A model generated the notes under the pieces. That model was not told the DNA's origin. It made no database searches and saw only the letters and a program-made list of their open reading frames with translations. A stretch of 64,000 nt of DNA, taken from positions 161,071-225,070 of the IMG/VR virus record IMGVR_UViG_3300028048_001169, one strand, 5' to 3'. The stretch comes from a virus (taxonomy: Duplodnaviria; Caudoviricetes). Positions 30,561 through 40,356 of the stretch are shown here, one piece after another (the stretch's first letter is position 1; the number at the start of each line of letters is the position of its first letter). A program made the translations under genes and the position numbers.

Positions 30561-33500
30561 ATGGCTTATACGGTAAATGGTAAAGTGTATACCGATCATG
30601 CTTTGATGGATGAAATCGTATATAATTGTAAAATTATATTAGATGGAATCGTATTAAAGAATTCGAAATTAGCGAATTATTATGAAACAGATAAATCATT
30701 TAAGATGTCTGATCTTTTCATTGAGTGTACAAATGATTCTGTACGCCCTAGCTTTTTTCCGAAGGATATGCAATGGCAATATTACATTGATTTCGGTTAT
30801 ACACAAGACCAAGCAAGCTTCTATTGTGATAATCCCGAGAAAATACCAGCAGATGAATATGATAGAATATTAGCATATTTTAAACAGAGATTCTTAAGTG
30901 AATACGAAGAAGAAAATGATTACTATCGTATGCTGATTGGATTGCCTGCTTTTGATACATCTGATTATGATGTATATTTATCAAAAGAAGAATATGGTGA
31001 TATAACGAGTTTCGAGAATACTGGAGTGGAATTTGATTATGAAAAACCAATTCATGAGTATTCAACAAATGAAATTACAACACTGGATACACTCGGTATT
31101 ATTGATGCATTGAAAGATAAGTATATTACAAATAATAAGTATACAGCATCAAACTACCGTTATTTGAATTACTTAGGATCAAATAGAATTGATTTATATA
31201 CAGCTCGTACTGCTGAGAAATATGATATCTTATATATCCCACCAGTAGAGTATATTGTATTGAGTCGATTTCAAGAACTATTTGCTATCAATAGAGAAAT
31301 CTATCTTAGACGATTAGATCAACAAGCTTATAGTGTTAGCTCTGAGTATTATGATGAGATTATCATGTTTATGATTGTTTGTCAGACATTCAATGATATG
31401 ATTGTTGATACTCCTGAGTGGTATATCCGTAGAGATATTATTGATTTGCGATCAGCAAAATATTTCTTAGACTCTCAAGGAATCCAATTCTTTGAGGATA
31501 TTCCTCTGCGTTATCAGATTCTTATTGTTAAGAATATGAATAAATTAATTCGTTATAAATCAACGGATGTAGATATTCAAAATATCTTAGATATATTCTC
31601 TGCAGATGATGCTGTTGTTTATAACTATTATTTGTTAAAACGCTATAAGAAGACAGATAAAGAAAATACAATTATCCCTCAGCCACCTACTCCAGAAGAA
31701 TGGACAATGGCTGATGAATATGACTTTGGTGACGATGATGCTTCTGATATCATTAACAATACCGGTGATGGTGAAGGTAATGATATGGAGTATGATCCTA
31801 ATGGAGAAAAGAATGAGTTATTTGACTTTAACTTAGACGAAATTCCAAGTAAGATATTTAATTATGACTTTGGTAATCTTGATTCTGATGAAGTTGATGA
31901 TACTGAAGAAACAGATGAAAAAGAAGAGCAGGATCAATCTGATAAAGTTATCAAAGATTCAAATGATAATATCTATGACTTAGAGTTTATCAAAGTACCA
32001 ATCAGTGAAAACTATGATGACTATATCAAAGATCCTTTATATCGAGTTGATTATGATGCTGTAACAGCACAAGATAGATATTGGGATGGCCAAGATGTTC
32101 ATTCTTATATAAAGAATCAGCATCTAAACAGAGAGTTTACAATTGAAGATACAAAGTTTATGGGTATTGAATATAATACCTCTATGTCTGAGTATACTTA
32201 CGAACGTGAATATTATCTTGGTATGATTTTTAACAATAAGATCAAATTAGACGATATTATGATCTCTGTTCCTAGTATTAAGCAAAATGCTTACTTCAAT
32301 CTACGAAATATCTTCTTATTCTTATACTGTTGTAATGGATTATACTCAGGAGAAGACATCAATGTCAATAATCCACTGGATGCTCTTGAGAAGAGAACAG
32401 ATCCTAAACCAGATTTCAATCCATATGGTGATGAAGATGGTGGGCATCCATGGGATCGTGGTAATTACGATGGTCCTATCGATCCAGATGAACCTGTTCC
32501 TGTATGGGAATTACCATCTTTAGATTTCGGTGCATTAGAGAATGAAGATGATGATGTTGAATTATACTACGATTTTGGTGAAGTTGGTGATAGCAGTGGT
32601 GATATTGACGAGATATATAACTACGGTATCATGGAACGCCAGGATGAAAATGGTAATAAGATACCACCAGAAATTGATACTATTGCTACAGATATAGATT
32701 TTGGTGATCTGGATAATATCGATATATACGATGACGATGATGATAGTGTTAAGATTATCGTAGACTATGGTATCATGGAATATGAAGATGCATCTGAACC
32801 TGAAGAATATGACTACGGTCCAATGGATCTAGAATATTATGATGACGATGATGAGGATGACAAGATTGCTTATGATGATCCTGATTATCACTATAAGTAT
32901 GATGCTATCATTACAGTTAATGAAATCAATTATAAGACATTCTTAGGATGTTATTATATTGATCAAGAGACTGGCGAATATACTCAAATAACAGAAAATA
33001 ATGCTGCTGATTATATTGGTCAAACAATTACGATTCGTTATAAGTGGTATAATATATTACCATCTGAATTAACTGAAGATGCTGATGGACATGGTCCTTA
33101 TGGTCAAATTTGGGATATGTATCACGATGTCATCAATGGTGGTGATATTAAATACAGTGCAGAATTAACCAAAGCATCTTATTATGATTATATTCGTACA
33201 GATCATCCATATATCTTTAAGACAACCTATGGTAGAATCTATGGATTCAATATGAATGTCAACTTAGACAAATTAAGAGAAGATATCGGATTCAGACATT
33301 CTCAATTTGGATTTGAACGTGGTTATACTTTGGAAGATCTTGGTTGTGATACCTTTATCGTTCAGACAGAGTTCCATGATTTAAAAGAACTCTATAATGT
33401 CTATGTCAATAATACAAAGTGCTATAACAATTTAACCAAGTTAATTGAAGGTGGAAGTACTAGAGATGAAAAACGTGTTTACGATTACGTATTTAATTCT

Positions 33501-34985
33501 CTATTCACTACGGTTTATGATAGTGACTTCTATACATTAGCAAATGGTGATATGGCAAAGACCTATGATCAAGTATTAAAGAAGTACGATTATACTCTTT
33601 ATAGGAAATATGAAGAGTTAATGAGTGAACCAGATCCAGATACACGTACATTCAATGTAAGAAATATCTTGAATGATATTGTAGATACATTGAACTACTA
33701 TATCAGTGGTGATAATCTGAAGTACGTATTAACCTTTGTTTATACAAACTCTTTAGATGCAAAACTTCACTATATCTATGAGATGATGAATTTCTTTAAG
33801 TCTTGGAAAGTAAATTTCTTAGATTCTAAGGTTGTATATCGTGTTGATGATAAGAGTAACCATAAGATTACCTATGGTGATCAACTAGAAGAAATGAAAG
33901 TATCTTATCACGATACAGAGAATGTTCGTCTTAGAGATTCTATCTTTATCAAACCAATTTATACCTTTGAAGAGTATAAAGACTTGAGCAAGGATGATTT
34001 TAACCATAAAGCATCAGTTGTAGATATGGCATCTCATTATATGGATGATGATATCTTTGCAGACAGACTCATTGATTTCAATGATGACATTGAAGATGAT
34101 GAAGTATATGATGGTGGTAATATCACAGAACAATCTACTTTACCGGTATCAGAATTCAATGGTGGTAATTTAGGATATATCTATGAGAAGGAATTAAAAG
34201 ATCTTGATGGTGGAAAACCAGTTATTCGAGATAGTTTTAATGATTTCGATGGTAAAGGTCCTAATGAGCGTAGTGAAGAGTCTGAAGAGAACTCTACTGA
34301 AATTGAATGTGGTAGAGCAAACATTCGTTACATTCCATCTCATACAACAATTACAGAAGTTGATGAATTTAATAATGTAAAGGTTCATGCTCGTATAAAT
34401 CAATATCCAACCAATGGTTTAGAAAATCGTAAGAGTTGGGATGGAGAACCACCAGTATGGCCATTTAGAAATCTTGACTTCGGTGAGCTTCCAGAGAAGA
34501 ATTCTCCTAATACGGTTGTATATGAATTCGGTGATATGGAAGCTGAAAAAGATGGTATTGAGATTGCTGATGAAGATAACGGAGAAGTTCGTTTATATGA
34601 CTTTGGTGAAATAACGGAAACATCGGTTGATACAAACGATTCTGACGCATTGATAGCCGATTCTGGACTCTACTTCGATACTCGCGTTTATACACTAACG
34701 TCAGATATTGAAAACTCAATAGCTGCGAACGGTGTATATGCAAAAGAAACAAAAGATTTATTGATTGATCTATATAGAACGTTATTAATCTATACCGATA
34801 TCAACTTAGCAAGACGTATTATTACAGAGACTTATGAAAGTTATCTGGGACATGCAATTGAAGTTGTTACTAAATTGAGTACCACTATTTATGATACAAA
34901 TATAAAGAATACGGTTGATGAAAAATCGGATGATTTACGTAAATGGTTTAAGCAAAATGATCCTTATGCTTGGGGTACTTTTTAA
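30561..34985 (+). CDS. Large virion structural protein (baseplate-wedge-like scaffold) with acidic D(F/Y)G-motif inserts
   Basis: 1474 aa under a late promoter; NKLIRYKST wedge-like segment; 11 [DEN][FY]G motifs in acidic loops. Confidence 0.6.
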   Translation: MAYTVNGKVYTDHALMDEIVYNCKIILDGIVLKNSKLANYYETDKSFKMSDLFIECTNDSVRPSFFPKDMQWQYYIDFGYTQDQASFYCDNPEKIPADEYDRILAYFKQRFLSEYEEENDYYRMLIGLPAFDTSDYDVYLSKEEYGDITSFENTGVEFDYEKPIHEYSTNEITTLDTLGIIDALKDKYITNNKYTASNYRYLNYLGSNRIDLYTARTAEKYDILYIPPVEYIVLSRFQELFAINREIYLRRLDQQAYSVSSEYYDEIIMFMIVCQTFNDMIVDTPEWYIRRDIIDLRSAKYFLDSQGIQFFEDIPLRYQILIVKNMNKLIRYKSTDVDIQNILDIFSADDAVVYNYYLLKRYKKTDKENTIIPQPPTPEEWTMADEYDFGDDDASDIINNTGDGEGNDMEYDPNGEKNELFDFNLDEIPSKIFNYDFGNLDSDEVDDTEETDEKEEQDQSDKVIKDSNDNIYDLEFIKVPISENYDDYIKDPLYRVDYDAVTAQDRYWDGQDVHSYIKNQHLNREFTIEDTKFMGIEYNTSMSEYTYEREYYLGMIFNNKIKLDDIMISVPSIKQNAYFNLRNIFLFLYCCNGLYSGEDINVNNPLDALEKRTDPKPDFNPYGDEDGGHPWDRGNYDGPIDPDEPVPVWELPSLDFGALENEDDDVELYYDFGEVGDSSGDIDEIYNYGIMERQDENGNKIPPEIDTIATDIDFGDLDNIDIYDDDDDSVKIIVDYGIMEYEDASEPEEYDYGPMDLEYYDDDDEDDKIAYDDPDYHYKYDAIITVNEINYKTFLGCYYIDQETGEYTQITENNAADYIGQTITIRYKWYNILPSELTEDADGHGPYGQIWDMYHDVINGGDIKYSAELTKASYYDYIRTDHPYIFKTTYGRIYGFNMNVNLDKLREDIGFRHSQFGFERGYTLEDLGCDTFIVQTEFHDLKELYNVYVNNTKCYNNLTKLIEGGSTRDEKRVYDYVFNSLFTTVYDSDFYTLANGDMAKTYDQVLKKYDYTLYRKYEELMSEPDPDTRTFNVRNILNDIVDTLNYYISGDNLKYVLTFVYTNSLDAKLHYIYEMMNFFKSWKVNFLDSKVVYRVDDKSNHKITYGDQLEEMKVSYHDTENVRLRDSIFIKPIYTFEEYKDLSKDDFNHKASVVDMASHYMDDDIFADRLIDFNDDIEDDEVYDGGNITEQSTLPVSEFNGGNLGYIYEKELKDLDGGKPVIRDSFNDFDGKGPNERSEESEENSTEIECGRANIRYIPSHTTITEVDEFNNVKVHARINQYPTNGLENRKSWDGEPPVWPFRNLDFGELPEKNSPNTVVYEFGDMEAEKDGIEIADEDNGEVRLYDFGEITETSVDTNDSDALIADSGLYFDTRVYTLTSDIENSIAANGVYAKETKDLLIDLYRTLLIYTDINLARRIITETYESYLGHAIEVVTKLSTTIYDTNIKNTVDEKSDDLRKWFKQNDPYAWGTF

Positions 34986-34997
34986 CAGGAGGATACT

Positions 34998-35903
34998 ATG
35001 TCAAATAAAACAATATCAATGACCGATAAGGTTAATCATTTCGATAAGATCTTGATGGGAGATCATAGCTCTCCTAGAAAAACAAGAATTATTATCAAAG
35101 ATCATGATACTGGAGAAGTTCTCGGTGAGTATCATAATAAGGTTCTAGTTCCAGGTAGTCAGTTGACTGCTTGTAAAGAATTTGGATTAGATCCAGAGGT
35201 TAATTTCCCTACCTATAATACAGAATTAGGTTTACAGAATAGTAAACCACCATATCCAGAAACACAGCCAATTAATCAACCAATCGTTTGCTTATGGTGT
35301 GCTGGAAAGTCTGGTGCAGGTAGTTCCGCTAACGAGATCAATGTTGTATCTATTACAGACCGTATCGATCCAGGCTTAGTAGAAGGTACTCTGAATAAGT
35401 ATACAGATATCGTACCATTTCGATATGTAACAAAGAATGGTGATTTAGATCGTGATGAGCGTGATGTATACTTTGGACGTAAGGTATATGATGAAGGAAC
35501 TGCTTCTGAACGTTATGCATATTTCTTTAAAGCATTTGATACAGATCCAGTTTTACATGTAAGATATCTTGACGGTACAGAAGTTACAGATAAGATGTAT
35601 ACTGTAGATTCTTCTCAAGAAGTAGAGATTTATGTAGAGATGCGTTTATCTGTCACTCGTCAGGATTTCAGAGATTACTTTGATGATGTAACTGGATGGG
35701 GAGATGCAAATATATCTACTATATCTCTTCTTACAGGATGGTATGACAATACAATCTGTGAGAATCCAGAAGCTGAAGAGAGTGATAGAATTTACTATAA
35801 GTGGTATCAGGACGTTCTTCCATTCTCTAAGTTCAATTTTGGTCAGGAACAGCTGAGTAATCTGAATCGTGCACTTGATATGATTTATCAGGTATACTAT
35901 TAA
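34998..35903 (+). CDS. Putative virion structural (baseplate) protein
   Basis: Co-operonic with the large structural gene; beta-rich. Confidence 0.5.
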   Translation: MSNKTISMTDKVNHFDKILMGDHSSPRKTRIIIKDHDTGEVLGEYHNKVLVPGSQLTACKEFGLDPEVNFPTYNTELGLQNSKPPYPETQPINQPIVCLWCAGKSGAGSSANEINVVSITDRIDPGLVEGTLNKYTDIVPFRYVTKNGDLDRDERDVYFGRKVYDEGTASERYAYFFKAFDTDPVLHVRYLDGTEVTDKMYTVDSSQEVEIYVEMRLSVTRQDFRDYFDDVTGWGDANISTISLLTGWYDNTICENPEAEESDRIYYKWYQDVLPFSKFNFGQEQLSNLNRALDMIYQVYY

Positions 35904-35962
35904 GAATAATAAGGCTCCTACCATACAATGTAGGTAGGAGTCTTTATGAAAGGATTTGTTAT

Positions 35963-37279
35963 ATGGCTATAAGACAATCAAAAACTTGGGTATCTACTGG
36001 AGTAGAGATTACAGCTCAAGATATTGCTTCTGGTAATCCTACTGCTGAGAATTTGCCGGATTTCTTATTCGCAGTACATAAGGATGACATTAACTACAAT
36101 GTCATTATGAATATCTTTGGTGAATTTGATGGAAAACCTTTAGCACAGGCATATGATTTATTAGAAGTTCCAGTTGGTAAATGGTCTTATTATACTGATA
36201 TGGAACGTAAGAATTATAAATCAAATAAGAATAAATTCGTTACAACCGTTGGCTTATTTGTTTTTAATATATTCTTAAGAGATTTTAATTTCTCTCGTTT
36301 ATTTAACGGATATTTTAACGAGATGATTGATAGTGATGGCAGTGGCTTTATTGAGCAGACATTATCTTATGCACTATTGGAAGATGATATTGATACAATT
36401 ACATTTAAAGAATGGGAAGATACCATGCAATGGTTTATGCCATTTGAAACAATTCTATCTCCTAGTCATACAGAGACAATGCTTGCTTGTACGAAGAAAA
36501 TCGATGCTAAGAAAAAAGAATTAATTCGTAAGTATAAAGCAGAGTTAGATGTAGGATCACCATCGGCTGCTGAGAAAATGGAGAAGGAATTATTGGACTA
36601 TGCTGCAGAGCTATTAAAAGATGATCCATCAATGGATAGTATATTATCTGGTGCTTCTGGAGACTGGAAGAATAATTTCAAGAACATGTTTGTCATGAAA
36701 GGTGCGATTAGAAATCCAGATCCTAATGCAAAGCAATCCTATAACATTGTTACTGGTAACTATTTGGATGGTATCGATGCAAAAGATTATCCACTGGTTG
36801 CTGGTTCCGCTATATATGGTGCTTATTCTCGTGGTAAGAAAACAGAGAATGGTGGATATTACGAGAAGTTATTCATCTCAGCATTCCAGACTGTAAAGAT
36901 TGGACCTAAGAATTCTGACTGTGGTACTAAGAATCACATTACTGTATTCTTGACCAAGCGTAATATCAATGATTATATGTATAATTATATGATGAAGCCA
37001 AATGGTACATTAGAATTACTCACTTCTAAGAATAAAGATAAATTTATTAATAAGGTGGTTAATTTTAGATTTTCTTCTATGTGTAAGTCTAAGAACTATA
37101 TCTGTAATAAGTGTGCTGGTGAACTCTTCTATATGCTGGGAGAAGAATACGTTGGATTAGTTATTTCACAGATACCTGACCGATTAAAGTTGATATCAAT
37201 GAAAGCATTCCACGATTCAACAGTACAGACAACAAAATTTGATGCTGCAAAAGCATTCTATCCATTTGATGAAGATTAA
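35963..37279 (+). CDS. Split RNA polymerase beta' C-terminal subunit (second copy), probably virion RNAP
   Basis: KTENGGYYEKL (bridge helix), DCGT, RFSSMC...ICNKCAG (Zn site) and LISMKAFH (trigger loop). Confidence 0.9.
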   Translation: MAIRQSKTWVSTGVEITAQDIASGNPTAENLPDFLFAVHKDDINYNVIMNIFGEFDGKPLAQAYDLLEVPVGKWSYYTDMERKNYKSNKNKFVTTVGLFVFNIFLRDFNFSRLFNGYFNEMIDSDGSGFIEQTLSYALLEDDIDTITFKEWEDTMQWFMPFETILSPSHTETMLACTKKIDAKKKELIRKYKAELDVGSPSAAEKMEKELLDYAAELLKDDPSMDSILSGASGDWKNNFKNMFVMKGAIRNPDPNAKQSYNIVTGNYLDGIDAKDYPLVAGSAIYGAYSRGKKTENGGYYEKLFISAFQTVKIGPKNSDCGTKNHITVFLTKRNINDYMYNYMMKPNGTLELLTSKNKDKFINKVVNFRFSSMCKSKNYICNKCAGELFYMLGEEYVGLVISQIPDRLKLISMKAFHDSTVQTTKFDAAKAFYPFDED

Positions 37280-37335
37280 TAAGATTAATAAGAATTCCCC
37301 TGGAAAATAGTTCCAGGGGAGTTTTAATATACTTC

Positions 37336-37347
37336 ACATTATAGTAA
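37336..37347 (+). promoter_or_regulatory. Late-type promoter ACA-N6-TAA
   Basis: TTC ACA TTATAG TAA just after the terminator hairpin at about 37296-37325. Confidence 0.6.
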
Positions 37348-37384
37348 AATAAAGAATATCGTATAAAAGGAGGAATATCATTCT

Positions 37385-38011
37385 ATGGGAACTGTTTATT
37401 CAAACGGTATGAAAAGTAACGAGTCTACAATTAGTAAGAATCAAGAGTACTTAGATTACATTAAAGAGCATATTAACAACGTAAAGTTGGTATATGAAGA
37501 ACTATTCGGATCTGGGAGAGTTATTAAACTTCCAGAGGGAATTAGTTCTGTCGATTTTAAGAATGCTGTACATGCTGCTGGTATTGAAGTAGCATTCCAT
37601 GATTCTAGCAAGTTTTCAGAAGATGAATTTGATGCATATCGAAGACATTTTCATAGAACAGATGAGGAGATTCTTATAGATGATACGAACCCTGCTTCAG
37701 CTCAAGAGGCAGAGTCTAATTTTCAAAAAGCTTGGGAGCATCATTATATGAATAATAATCATCATCCTCAGTGGTGGTGTTATCATGATGCATCAGGAGT
37801 AAGAACATCAGAACGTGTTGATCCTAATCCTATGTCATTGGATGCTATCATTCATATGATATGTGATTGGAGTGCTATGAGTTTGAAATTTGATCACACA
37901 TACTCTCCTCTTTCATGGTATGCTACAGCAGATAAAGAGAAATCTTTTATGCATCCTGAAACAAAACGTATTGTAGAAGAGTTATTGAACAATCTTTTTG
38001 GTGAAAGTTAA
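37385..38011 (+). CDS. HD-superfamily protein (DUF5662-like)
   Basis: EHINNV, HDSSKF, AWEHHYMNNNHHPQWW and MICDW motifs. Confidence 0.78.
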   Translation: MGTVYSNGMKSNESTISKNQEYLDYIKEHINNVKLVYEELFGSGRVIKLPEGISSVDFKNAVHAAGIEVAFHDSSKFSEDEFDAYRRHFHRTDEEILIDDTNPASAQEAESNFQKAWEHHYMNNNHHPQWWCYHDASGVRTSERVDPNPMSLDAIIHMICDWSAMSLKFDHTYSPLSWYATADKEKSFMHPETKRIVEELLNNLFGES

Positions 38012-38022
38012 AGGTATAAGCC

Positions 38023-39570
38023 ATGGCAAACGATGTAATAGTAAATAAATATAACGTTACGATTAGTTTTACGGATTGTGAAGAAACAAACTATGAGATT
38101 CCTAATCTGTATATACGTTATATCATGTTGGAGAGTCGTTATACTGAGAGTTTAATCCCAGTTATCTATTTATCCATTGCATTAAACTCAGAATTATATC
38201 AATTAATTACTGATGAAGATAATGTAAAAGATGGTAAATTCATATTAAAAATTCAGCGATATAATGCATATTCTCGTATACCAATTTTTACAACTATTGT
38301 AAATGAAGCATTCAATTATATCGTATCAACATCAAATCCTGATTATTCAGAAAGCTTAGAAGGAGCATCTGAATCAGCCGATCCATCTTATCATCCTCTT
38401 ACCATTGCATTGATGAGTATGAATCTTATGAATGCTGTAAGATCAGAGAAGAATGAAATGGAAGGTATTCTGGTTAGTGATATCTTTGGTGATGTTGATG
38501 AGAGTACCATTATAGGAAAAATCTTTGAAGGGTTTAAGGATTATAAACTAAAGAGTATCATTACTCCACCAACACATAATAATTACTTTGACACATTGAT
38601 TATCCCACCAATGACAAGTCGTAGAGAATTATTACAATTCTTGTTTGATAAAGCACCATTCTATGATACTGGATTTACTTTCTTTATGGATTATAAGAAA
38701 GCATATTTATTGGATCAAAACAGGAATGGATACTATGTAAAAGATGAAGTATCAAGCTTGCATCATATCATATTCCAAATTAATGGTGTTATATCAGACG
38801 AGTCTTATGAAGAGGGATATCGTGTAGAAAATAATAGTATTATCATTAATATCAATCCAAATAATTCAAATATAACAAGAAATAAAGCACAAGATAAGTT
38901 GGCTAACCGATTAGTTGTTGTACAAGAAGATGGAGATATTAGTGTTGTACAGCTCAACGTTAACAACAGTAAAGATTCAGATCCTAAGTATACATTCCGA
39001 CGAGGTGGAAATGCAACGTTATATAAGAATATTATAGAGTCAAATAATGTCTACGTTAATCTTAGTAAAGAGGATATCGATGGTTCATTATTCACTCCAA
39101 ACCGTATGTATAGTATTCAGAATTATGTAGGTCATGAAGAGAATAATGGTGATTATATTCTTACTTCTAAGAGACAAATTATTCTAAATAATAATGGTGT
39201 ATTTCGAAGTTCTTGTGAATTAGGATTGCGTAAAGTTGGTAAGATTAAGAATATTGGTATGACCAATACTGGTGATATTGGTACCATTCAAAATTCTACT
39301 ATGGGATATCGGTATACAAAGACATATAGTCGTTCTAAGAAGAAAAAGAATACAGTAAAATTAGTATCAACGGCTAAGAAAGGTATTATTCCGATAAATA
39401 AGAATGCAGAGGTTAAAATGCTTGCATCTTCTCAATTAGATCTATTAGAAGAAGCAGAATTGAATCGAGTTCCTAGGACATCATCAAAGAATATTAATGC
39501 AGACTATTCTGGTCCTGAAAATGATGCTAATTACTCTAAAAATGGTATTACAAAAAAGTCACTAAAGTAA
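38023..39570 (+). CDS. Putative virion structural protein (baseplate hub-like)
   Basis: 515 aa beta-rich protein in the late cluster; the hub call is inference only. Confidence 0.4.
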   Translation: MANDVIVNKYNVTISFTDCEETNYEIPNLYIRYIMLESRYTESLIPVIYLSIALNSELYQLITDEDNVKDGKFILKIQRYNAYSRIPIFTTIVNEAFNYIVSTSNPDYSESLEGASESADPSYHPLTIALMSMNLMNAVRSEKNEMEGILVSDIFGDVDESTIIGKIFEGFKDYKLKSIITPPTHNNYFDTLIIPPMTSRRELLQFLFDKAPFYDTGFTFFMDYKKAYLLDQNRNGYYVKDEVSSLHHIIFQINGVISDESYEEGYRVENNSIIININPNNSNITRNKAQDKLANRLVVVQEDGDISVVQLNVNNSKDSDPKYTFRRGGNATLYKNIIESNNVYVNLSKEDIDGSLFTPNRMYSIQNYVGHEENNGDYILTSKRQIILNNNGVFRSSCELGLRKVGKIKNIGMTNTGDIGTIQNSTMGYRYTKTYSRSKKKKNTVKLVSTAKKGIIPINKNAEVKMLASSQLDLLEEAELNRVPRTSSKNINADYSGPENDANYSKNGITKKSLK

Positions 39571-39636
39571 ATTAACTTTAATATAATGACCTAGAAAAGT
39601 CATGTAAGACATATTAAGAAAGGAGTACAAAAACCT

Positions 39637-40287
39637 ATGGTAATGAAAATTGGCATTGAAGTTGACGAGACACTCATTATCACATTGACATATGATGATT
39701 GCACTTCAAAAACAGAAGCTCTATCTGTAGGAGATTACATATCAATTGATTATAATAAGAATGGTGCTAGAAGACGTACCACGGGATTCGTTAATACTAT
39801 CCATGCAGATCCATCGAATGCAATCCCTCGTAGAGATCAATATATCATCGTAATGAGTGACAATCCTAGCGATATGAATCCGGCTATTAAGATTAGTCTT
39901 AATAATATCCTTGATGTTGTCGTTATTCGTAAGCATGAGCCTACTGTACCTATTAGTACAACGGAAGGTCCAATGAGAATTACTCATCTTCGTTATAATG
40001 CTGGATATCTTCAGTTCTCTACTAATAATGGAAAGTCTTGGTACACAATCCCATTAGAGGTTAAAGAGATGCAGGTTGGAGAAGCAAAGACAATCGAGGA
40101 AAAGGTTGAGGCTATGATTGGTGATGATCAGTATGCAGATTCAGATGAATTTGTAGATGGTATTGTTAGAATCATTCAGGAAGAGGTAGCAAAGAAGATT
40201 GCTCCATTCCAGCCTAATAACAGACCACCACATCCGCCAAAATTTGGACCGGGTAGTTGTCCAACGACACCTGAATCCAATGATTAG
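39637..40287 (+). CDS. Hypothetical late protein
   Basis: AAGGAG RBS; ACT-N6-TAA at 39575-39586; LQFSTNNGKSW motif. Confidence 0.6.
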   Translation: MVMKIGIEVDETLIITLTYDDCTSKTEALSVGDYISIDYNKNGARRRTTGFVNTIHADPSNAIPRRDQYIIVMSDNPSDMNPAIKISLNNILDVVVIRKHEPTVPISTTEGPMRITHLRYNAGYLQFSTNNGKSWYTIPLEVKEMQVGEAKTIEEKVEAMIGDDQYADSDEFVDGIVRIIQEEVAKKIAPFQPNNRPPHPPKFGPGSCPTTPESND

Positions 40288-40356
40288 TATATAATATTAA
40301 AGAAGATAGTATAAAGAGAAACTTAAAATACTAAAAAATATGAAAGGAAATGTAAA

